Positions 14,753 through 25,336 of a stretch of DNA of 64,000 bases are shown piece by piece. The notes under the pieces were generated by a model, which was not told the origin of the DNA, did not search any database, and worked only from the letters and a program-made list of their open reading frames with translations. The stretch comes from Convolutriloba macropyga. Lineage: Eukaryota. The stretch spans positions 13,950,001 through 14,014,000 of the forward strand of contig NC_134480.1 of NCBI RefSeq assembly GCF_964194025.1, given 5' to 3'. Position 1 is the stretch's first letter, and each line of letters begins with the position of its first letter. The position numbers and the translations under genes were made by a program.

Positions 14753-16131
14753 GTTAGGAATAACAAAAAAATTGACAAAATTTGATTGAGAAAAAATAAA
14801 TTCGAACTATTTTGCCTTATTTTACTTTAAAAAAACCTCCGCAAAAAATGTTAAAAATTCACATTTTTTATTAATGATAATTTTAAGAACGTTATTTGAG
14901 GAGTTATTCGTGGGTTGTGTCAATGTCGGGTTAAATGTTGTAAGTGCTGAAGTATTTGGTGTAAAGGTTAAAGGGGATTAAAAAGGCTAAGTATACATAA
15001 TCGTGTGGTGGGAGCTAGATGGATAGTTAGGAAAAAGTTTGGGGGTGGGGGCAGGGCTAGGTGACGATAGTCGGGGAAGCGCTAGCTATGACTTGGCGGT
15101 TAATTATATGAAATGTGATGATTATATGAGAAAATTGGGTAGCTGGACTCTTAATGTATCATGCCTTATCAACACAGCTTTTTCAGTTTGAGTAATAAAA
15201 AGGTTCTCAATATTAAAATGGGAATCAAGCTGTGTTATCTTTATGCTTCGGTCAAAAAATTTAAAACAGAAATAATTGTTCGAGAAGAAAGAAGTCAGAA
15301 CTTTAAGTTAATGTCAGATACTCCACTTCAACTTTTTGGCTAATTCAACAATGTAATTTATTGAATTATTCCTCGTCACGGGTCCTCGTTTCGGCAACAT
15401 GTACAAAACATTTTTTTAAGAAGAAGCTGACATTTTTGTCTTGGCTTATCAAACCACTTTTTCCCCAAATAATCTTAAAACGATCTATACAACAATCTTA
15501 AAATTAAAATATAATGCTGAAGCAACGTAATGTTCAGTTAAATTAGAAAAATTTAGAAATCAAAAAGATATCCTCAGTGACTCAGGGAATTTTTTCTAGT
15601 CTTGTTGCGATAAGATTTTGATAAAAGGGAAATTTTCTGTTCAAAGTTTCATCAAAACTTACACAAGAAAATTTGAAATTTCAATTAAAACTTTTGGCGT
15701 CAGATATATATATATATATATATATCACATCCTATATATAAATTTAAAATTTTTTATTTATTATCTAAATGACTCTCAAAAGATGTGTATTAGAGTCATT
15801 AAGATCCTGGAAGAACTCATGACACAAATTACTCGTTTGTAAAGAACTTTTTTCCTGTAAGATTATTTAAAATATTTTTATTTGCACGAAAATAACAAGG
15901 CATTGCATATAGCGCCGTTAAGTTTACAAAAATTGTTCACTTTTTCTATAAAAGGTAACAGACTTGTTATCTAACTTAACAAAATTTAAAAATTACATTT
16001 GACGTTGCTTTACAAAATTTTCCTGAAAAAATAGAATAGCTTATATCCAAAAACCTGTCGAGAATAATTCAATGCCCAGAATGAGGTCTGCAACACAAGA
16101 CAGATATTGGCGTGATTGGCTTGGGTCGCAG

Positions 16132-16856
16132 ACAGGGGGGTCGGGTGCAACCCAACTCAATGGTCTGGAAAAAAATTGGGTGGCGCCCTCCCTCTGGCCA
16201 ATACCAATTTTTGGTCCATACGTTCTATCATATACCCACATTCTGGTATCTTTGGTCTGGCCAATACCCACATTTTGGTCTGTTTGGTCTGGCCATAGCG
16301 CATATTCAAGTTCTGTAGGTCCAGTAAAAAAGCCGGTCCTCTACAAATTTTATAAAAATATTGGCCAATCATTGGTAACCAACATCAACTTCTAGATGAT
16401 TATTTACTTCATCAAAATAATTTCTGAAATCCGCATTGGTCTTCAAATCGGCTTTTTAACTAATTTTTTAAAATTCTTATTTTCATTTCTCGTTCAGAAA
16501 TAATTTACAAACTTTATTGGATGCTTCTGCACGTTTAAGTAAGTGTAGCTAATGGTGTGGCTCAGGGTCTGTTCCGTCTCGCGAGAGGTTTGCACAATGG
16601 TCTGGCCTAAGGTCTGCTCCGTTTGGCCAATGATCTGGACGACGGTCTGGCCAATGATCTGGACGATGGTCTGGCCTAGGGTCCGTCCCGTCTGGCCAAT
16701 TGTCTGGACAAACTCTGTTCAGTCTGACCAATGGTGGCCAAACTCTGTTCGGTCTGGTCAATACCTATTCTTGGTTATGGTCAGTCTAGAGCCCTACTGT
16801 GCGCGACCCAAGTCGATCTGGCCAATACCTGTCTCGGGTGGTGGACCTTATCCTGT
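16132..16856. mobile_element. Duplicate of the 4190-4914 repeat element
   Basis: Near-identical copy carried by the segmental duplication. Confidence 0.5.
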
Positions 16857-17241
16857 GTATACTCTTTCTTGTTGTCTAGAGCTAGTGCAGTTTATGTTAT
16901 TCAACTCTTCTTTGATTGGCTGAGAATTTATACATTACAGACCATTGCCAGGGACGATTCGAAATATTTAAAAGGGTAAACTGGCCATGGTAAACTAAAT
17001 TATTTGCTACCTTCGATCAATGATTACCATATCAGGGAACTGAGAATACTGACGCTATATGTATTAGTTTAGAGTAAATCTCCTTGAAATGATATGGTAT
17101 CGACGCAATTAACAGGTAATTATAAAAGCAATTTTGATAAGCAAAACCCAGTTTTTTTCTAAAAGAATTTAGCCAGCATATACCAGGTACTATGGGCGTT
17201 AGTCTTAGTGTTTGAGATATATAACTTTTGAAATAACCAAC

Positions 17242-17458
17242 TTTTGCGTGTATAGATGCAGTGAGCTGCAGTTATGACCCAATAAGGACTCAAAATAGCC
17301 CCTCCGCAGAAGTCCATTCTGTCAAACAGAACCCGAACAATCCTATTGATAATGTTAGTACGCAAAACACTGCTGAAGTTTCGACACAAAACTGTCGATT
17401 GTTGGCATAAAATTGTGAAATAAACCAATAGTTTTCTGAAATCTAATTCAACTTTCAT
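17242..17458 (-). pseudogene. Duplicated serine protease exon 1 with an in-frame 24-bp deletion
   Basis: Same as 5300-5540 except IINGIDSPDRPFYVRV has become IINRIVRV. Confidence 0.75.
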
Positions 17459-17985
17459 AACTTTCAAGACAGTAACTCGTCAATTGAGCAGTATTTATTT
17501 AACGTAAAGTTCATGAAAGCAAGAGCCTAATGTTTTGGAAAATTTTCTTTCATTTCGAACTTTTACAGTGCGAGATTGATGAACAACAATTTGTTGGTCG
17601 GACCGTAGCGTTTCTTATTTCATTACGAATCAATTATTCTGCGCTTTTTATTTGACAATGAACATTTACTTGTTTATTGATTGTTTTAATTTGTGAAAAC
17701 CGACATTAGAACTCTTCAAGGCTTAATGTAGTACAATCGTTGAACTAATTGAACTTCGATTTTGGGTGGTCATGCTACTAGCCTTTAAACTTCGCAAAAA
17801 ATGCTGTTGTAAAAACCAGCATGCAAACTAAAGCGGAATCAAATAACAGAATTTTAATAATTAAGTTGAATTCTTGCACGTCTGTTCAGTCAAGCATTTT
17901 AGTTTCGTTCAGAGGAGTACATACGCGACGAATCCTTTGGTGTAGTTAGAATATAGCGTATCAACTCGGATTTATCTATTAGTAT

Positions 17986-18283
17986 TGTAGCAGTAGAAAT
18001 ACTGGATGTACACCTCCATCCAACCAGAGACTGAGAAGACACTATTTTCTTTTATATAGAGAGAACTTCACTAACTATAACCAGTCTATTAGTTAGATAC
18101 ACCATGTGTATACTCTTGACTCCGGTGCTGTACTTTAAGAAGTATTAATAGAAGTTTATCTTCAGTGTTTATTGAGTCGGTTAGTCTGAGAGATATAGGT
18201 AAGCCTACTTCGCGCGCAGAAATAAGTAGCCCAAACTCTTTACACCTTAAGGCTGTAAAAGAAGCCCATCTCGGACTGCCTTA
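17986..18283 (+). mobile_element. 5' LTR
   Basis: Starts TG after GTAT; TATA-like tttatatag ~18051; similarity to the 3' LTR ends at CTGCCTTA. Confidence 0.9.
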
Positions 18284-18486
18284 ACTTGTGCGACCAGTGA
18301 GTTAACAAACTGAGTTAACAATCCGTAAAAAGAACTCACACAAAACACCCCTTTCTCTATTGAGAAAGAAACTTAGAACAAGATTACATAGTTTTTTACT
18401 CTTTATCTACTTAAAACTTAAGAAAAGTGGGAACACAAGACAAATAAAACAAAAACTACTAATATTTAAACAAAGAAACAAATAAA

Positions 18487-21400
18487 ATGGATCATCACGT
18501 TGATCAACCCTCCTCCCACGTACCGACACACTCGAATGAATTACAACTAGTTGTTCTTACACAACAGAACAAACGTCTAATACGCGAAATTTTACCTTTT
18601 GAAGTTAAACACTATAGGCACCAGGACAAGCTAAACATACTCCTAAGCACAGCAAAACAGGTCAAAGGCCACTATTTTGCAGTAGAGCAACGGCCTCTCC
18701 TTTCATTATCAGAAATGGTATCACAGGTTTCACGAACCGCCTTTCTTTCATATTTAGCTGAAATTTACGGAGCTCAACTCACAAAGGGCTCAGTTCTTTT
18801 CATTTGTGATCTTTTAACAAACACATATACTTCTCTCATATATGACACTTTATTTAATCCACTATCTGATACACTATTTGAATTCCTGAACGGAGTATGG
18901 TCAGAAATGCAAACCTCGGATAGAGAAGTGGTATTTCGAAAAAATTCTTTTGAATTTCCCTAACGTCTCGCATCCACACTTAATGCTAATGCATCACAAG
19001 CACGGAAAAAAAGCGTACACAAGATCGCTCGACAGGAGATAGAGGGCTTCACCCACCTTCTTACAAAAATATAACTTCTGTAAAAGATGCAGACCTAGAC
19101 GATAAAGAGATTCTCGATTCTCTTAACTTTTCTCTTGGTATATACACAGATATTGGAAAAGTTTGGTAAGACACATTTTTCCTACCACAAAGCTAAAAGC
19201 AGACACATTCACACAAATACTACCTTAACAACCTGAGACACACCATTATATTTATGATTCACGCTGGTTTCCACAAAACTTTGTAAATTTTCCGGAAATA
19301 CCCTCTGAAAATATTCAAAAACTCACCATTAATCGCCAAAATATAGAAAAAAACCATAACGCAGAAACTCAAACATTTACTTGTACAAACATTCCAGAAA
19401 ATACAAACACTTCTCTGCAGGCTTAACCAAAAGAGAAAATGGATAATAAAATTCATTCTCAACAAACAGACATCGGTCTAATTGAGACTACAAAAACAGA
19501 TTTTAAATCAGAATTATTAGATGATGGAACACTTTTTTCATCACATACGGTAAATACACTAATTGACCTTGAAAGTAAAGATCACAACAAAAATCAGAAT
19601 AACAATAATAATAATATTACAAGCAATACTACTAACAACACACATAATTATCAAAATCACCAACACAGACAACCCGTGAATTCGACTGAATTAACACAAA
19701 ATTCAGATCCACTAAACACAGTCGTACCTACATTACCAATTATGACTACACCCCTACCATTTTAACTCTGAACCAATTATTCTAAATATTTCAATGTAAC
19801 CTACACTAACTACTAATCAATATATACAGATAACTCCACAACAATTCGTAATTATTTTTAGACAATTAAACTCACAAAATACACAACAAACCACAAATGC
19901 ACCGACCCCTTTTTATTTACAAGCAGCGTCTACACAAACGATATCAGCTGTAATTCGCAGAAATAACCAAATGATGTACCCTTACCTGAGAGGCTCGGTA
20001 CCCATGCAACAATCTTTGACTATTAAGACCATTTGATGGTACTGACCCTATTTACACAACAGAAGATTTTTTAAATGCTATCACAGCAAATATGTTAATG
20101 ACAGCATGACCAGAACAGACTGATTCATCATATCACGAAGCCTGGATCATGAAACGAATTGCCATGATTCAAGCAGTCCTAATTGGACCAGCACAACAAT
20201 AGCATTCACACCTTCCACTCGATATAAAAAGAATTGGCAAGCGTTTTACCGTGAACTCCAAAAAATCATTTGATAATCAACAATCGCAAACACAAGCGAA
20301 ATTATTCTTAGAGAGCATAACACGTGCCTCCGGTGAACTAATTAAAACATAAACATTTCCAATTGAACAAATGACTCGAAAAGCATATGATAATAGTGCT
20401 CCAGATAAGCGCAATGCACAAATGAATGACGCACTTGTCAAACCACTCGATCCGCAAATAGCCTGAATAGCACTAAAAACGATTGCAAATCACAAATCAA
20501 CTGCTTAGGAACCACAGCGTTAATTCGCACAATTGTTAGAAAAAATACACCAGGAGGATATCACAAGAACACAAATAAACAGACATAAACTTAATAAAAA
20601 TTCCACCTTTTCTTCCTCAATTAATAAACTTTCCTTAGAAATTGATAACCTCACAGTAGACGATGTACATATGATGGAACAGGATATCGTTCACGGGATC
20701 AATGTAATACGACACAAGTAATCAAATGATTCAAATTTTAAAGGAAAACCACTATTCTTAAAATTTTGCAAGAAATGTTCACGCTCAGGACATAGTTTTT
20801 CTACATGCCCTCATAAAAGATACTCGAAACCACTTTACAAACCAAATTTTCAAAAACAAACCTTTAATCAAGCAATGAAAGGTAATCAGAAGCTTCCAAA
20901 CAGACAAGTCACGTCAAATAATATGACGGGTAAACCATTACCCTTCTCACACCGTTCTAGAAGCAAAAGTAGAGAACATCGTCATAATTCACGACATAGA
21001 AGCCCAATTAAATTTTCACAACCTAACTCAAAACCTTACTATAAATAGCAATTTTAAACCACCGATTAGAAGTGGTTACCATACCCAAGAACATCAAACT
21101 CACAAAATACCCCTAACTATAATTCTAGACCTCAATAACCTCACTATAATAGAGATCGGAATCGTTCACGACAACTCTTCTCACGTAATCAACTTCGTAA
21201 TGTTTGAAACTAAATTTATTCACTTCTAGATCAAGAACAAACAGACAACACAACGTCTAATACTGAAAATACAGACACACTGAATGTCTCTGAGGAAACA
21301 CTACTCGAACAACAGTTTAATGATTTACTTTTAGAATTAAATCAGGATACCCAGGGCGAATATTTCAATTGCCATGAGGAATGTAACACTTTCACAGAAG

Positions 21401-24400
21401 AATACATTCTTTCTAATTCATCTAAAAGCAATATTTGGGTACTCCCACTAACAATGTATACACAACAAACAACCGATCATACAAAAACAATTTCTCCACC
21501 ACCTCTTGAAACAGATTTTCTATTAGATTCTGGCGCAACACTTAATATATTAATCAGCGACAATTCGAATGAAATTAAAAAATATCACAAATTACAACTA
21601 AAAGCATCAACTTCATCTCACACGCTCATCTCACACGCTCGAGAGTTAAAAAAAAATGATACAAAATTAATAAAAATTTATGATTCTTCAACTAAACCAC
21701 TCCCGTTCTACTCAGTTAAATTTTTGGAACACCAAACACGAAATAATCACATACTACCACTCAAATCCATGATAGACGGATTTCTCAAATTATAACCACC
21801 AGAAAGGAAGAAGAAATCCATAACTATGTAGGATTTCTTATGTTTTTTTCAAAATATTTCTATAATTTACAAGTCATTTTCAGATCTTTTTATTTCCAAC
21901 TCCGGGATACTACAGATTTCAATTGGACACCCGAATTACAACACACATTTGATAGATTAAAAAAGGAACTTACAGTCGCAAAACTTCGCCTCGCAATTCC
22001 TAATTCAAAAAAACCTTTCTATATCCTCTGCGATGCCTCTAATTATGGCATTGAAGCCGAATTTCTCCAAAAAAATCAATTTGGGAAAATGGAGCTAGTG
22101 TCAACAAACTAGCTAGTGTCAGACTTTCAACCATTCTTCGAGAGTGCTATGCAATAATTCATGCGCTCTCCGAATATGAGTTCCTTATTCAAGGATCAAA
22201 CATCCAATTATACTATATACCGATCACAAACCACTTCTCTTCCTATTCACACAAAAGAATAAAACAAATCACAGAGTTTACAAATTTCAACTAATATTAA
22301 TGGAACTTCCAAACTTACACATAGTTTGGACAAAGAGGAAAACCTTTCACTTCCGGATCTATTAAGTCGTTCACTCACGACCAAAACACAAGACGAACAC
22401 CGTTATAGAACAGTTGAGATTCCAGAATCTAAAAAATTCTTTATGAAACACAATCAAAACACACAACCTATACAGTGCCAATATTCTGTATCAAAAAAAA
22501 ACTTTAATACAGTATCCACAGACACTAATGTAGAGTCACCACACTTTCCAATCTATTTGCAGATTAAAGATAACTATTTTAAAGTACAATTAGAAAATGA
22601 TCTCTATCTTCTTGTTTCGTATCACGAATTTCAAACCAAAGCACAATCTTTGGAACACATGCATCAACACAAAATCACTTCTTTCCAGAAACTTACCCTA
22701 TTATACAACACACGGATGTTACATTAAAAATAAATAAAAAAGAACCCTTTAACCAATTTAATCAAGATGCCAACAACGCCGAATTAATAAGCAACATAAA
22801 ATTTTCACTACCAGTAATGGATAACTTTACACCAAAAACCCCCACCATTTACAACTATTTTTAAAATGAACAGACAGAGCCAAATGATACACTCATATAT
22901 GAAGCACAAAAACGAAACCCAGAAATTAGACAACTCTTTAGAAACGTTACAAAAATTAACCTTCCACCCCTTCATTAACTATCCGTGCAAACAAGGGACT
23001 GCTACACTATTAGCGACGCTTCGAAAATTTAAGCGTAAATGAAGCCAATCACCTCTTGTATTATATACAAGAAACAACATCTTCAAAAATCAGTGTACCA
23101 CTCTCCCTTCTTTGAGTAATATTTTACATTGAACATTCTCACGATCTCGCAGGTCACCATGGCCGCGAAAAAACACACGCTACTATTACACACAATTAAA
23201 TCCATGCCAAACCTCCTCATGGCTCCACAACAGCCATTCTTAGAAGTTTCACCATACCTCAATCACCGTATTTCAATGGACGCAAAAGACCCAATCTCCC
23301 CGTCTTCTGATGGGAAATCTTACGTGTATGTCATTGTAGACGCATTTACACTCTATATTGTATTTCACCCTTCCCCCAGAAATGATGCCACTAAAGCACT
23401 CACTGTATTATTTGACCACTGGGTTGTAAAATTTGGAATACCAGAGATTTTAGTAACTGGTAAATGAAATGAATATATTAACGGAGAATTTGCACACTTC
23501 TGTCGCACATATAATGTACAATTCAAACCACGAACACCATACGCACCATGTTCTAATGGACGTGTAGAAAACAGCAATCGCCAAATAAATACATTTCTCC
23601 GCACAGTTCTAGACTCAAAAAATGACACACGGTCAGAAAAAATAAAATATTTCCCTTTGCATTCAACTCACAAGTTCGAACCAATATGAATTTTTCATCA
23701 TGTGAACTTAAGTTTGGCCAAAAATCAAAAAACCCATAATGTTCAATCTATCTTCCGCTACAGATAGCTTTGGAAATTGTAAACCTTCTTTAGATTCACC
23801 TTGTAATACTTTACCTAAACATACACAAACTGACCATTTAGGTCATCGCCCAAAAATTAAAAGAATACAGAAAACAACCTTTACACATTGGTTTCTCAAT
23901 CGTGAAAAGATATACTCGGAAGTTTATAATGAAGTCCACCATTACTTAAATCAAAATAAACTTTTACGCACATTTATTTATCGCCCTTTTGGAACGGCAC
24001 AAACCTTTAAAATTAATACGTACGTTTTAGTTGTAAATGAAACAAATTGGAATATCCAAAAAGATCCAACCACAAAAAATGGACCTTGAAATAATTGACA
24101 CCCCCACGTCAGGTACTTATAAACTAGAAGATTTTTCTGGTAAACAAATCACTCGCCATAGAAGTAACATTGTACCATATTACCTGAAAGAACTTCTCAT
24201 TCAAGAACAAGTGGAAAAGTATTTCTCGGATAACTCCTTATTAAAACTCAATTCGAAAAAGCGGACAATCACCAAGTGTCTCGTTTATTCTAGACAACCT
24301 AGACATACCATCCACAGATGACCTTTGCCGCCCGACACCTTATAACCTGTATGAAATACCCAAAAACACTTCGGAAAACTACACTACTAGAGACACTCGT

Positions 24401-24481
24401 CTTAGACGCCAACCGATGAGAGACTACAGAGTCTTTATACCACAATCAAAAATTTCGGCTTCACGAACGACGAATTTGTAA
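18487..24481 (+). pseudogene. Decayed gag-pro-pol, copy 2
   Basis: CCHC 20767-20808; RS-rich tract ~20950-21005; DSG 21526-21534; RT C-terminal/connection (VKFLEHQ...FNWTPELQHTFDRLKKEL); RH LCDASNYG ~22030 and YTDHKP; IN core ~23130-23620; C-terminal tail to TAA 24479-24481. Confidence 0.9.
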
Positions 24482-25336
24482 AAACATTCACACTTTACTG
24501 TTAAACGCACAAAATCACACTCCTCGCTTTCATTAGCAGAACACAACTTAGCATAACACGCTAAATACCTAGTAAATATAAATATAATATAAATAGATTT
24601 CTCTCGTTCTCTTATACGAGAGAGAAAATTCGGATAGATCTTTCACTCCTCTCCCCCATAATATAATTACTTTCATTGGGAAAATTATTCAAACTCTTTA
24701 ATATTGTAAACAAAGCACACGGAATATCTTTTCACCTGCTACTCTAGAAGAACCACAAAACCCCTCCATCAGGAAATGAAAGGAAGGGAATCACAGGCCA
24801 TTCCCCACAAAAATATTAGGAAGGAAACTAACTAAAAATTAAGTTAACAACCGAACCACAGCTCGGTCTGGGAAGAATTCCCTAATCTCAATTATTTGCC
24901 AAGATATGATTCGATAATTTTTTTCTGCCGAACAAAAAGTCGTGGTCAGGATAGATCATATCGTCTAAAATCACTTCTTAGTCCACCGCTCTTGCAACCT
25001 ATTTGTTTCTTCCTCCTTCACATCTCTTTGCAATACTTCATCTTGCATTTTCTCTCTTCTATATACACTTAGAAAAAATTTCTTCTGAGTTCTTTCTTCA
25101 ATTCACCACTTGAAGAAATTTTCTTTTCTACGCTTCTCAATAACTTTCACTTCTTCTCTTTCATCTTAGAAGAACTGTCTCACAGTACAGTTTTTTCCTC
25201 TAATCGTCAACCAGCAAATCAGTTTTTACTTCGTGCAGCACTTTAGCTGAAAACAGGCACACCAACTATACTCCAATTCTCCACTTTCAGTCTCACAGTA
25301 CTGTAAGCCACCCTGTAGCCTAAATCTAACACAGGT

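Larger units (their letters stand above)
14756..24245. repeat. Large tandem segmental duplication, copy 2 (continues into the complete LTR element)
   Basis: Near-identical to 2819-14752 but lacks the internal 2248-bp duplication; has a 24-bp deletion at ~17340 and a ~190-bp deletion at ~21612. Confidence 0.95.
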
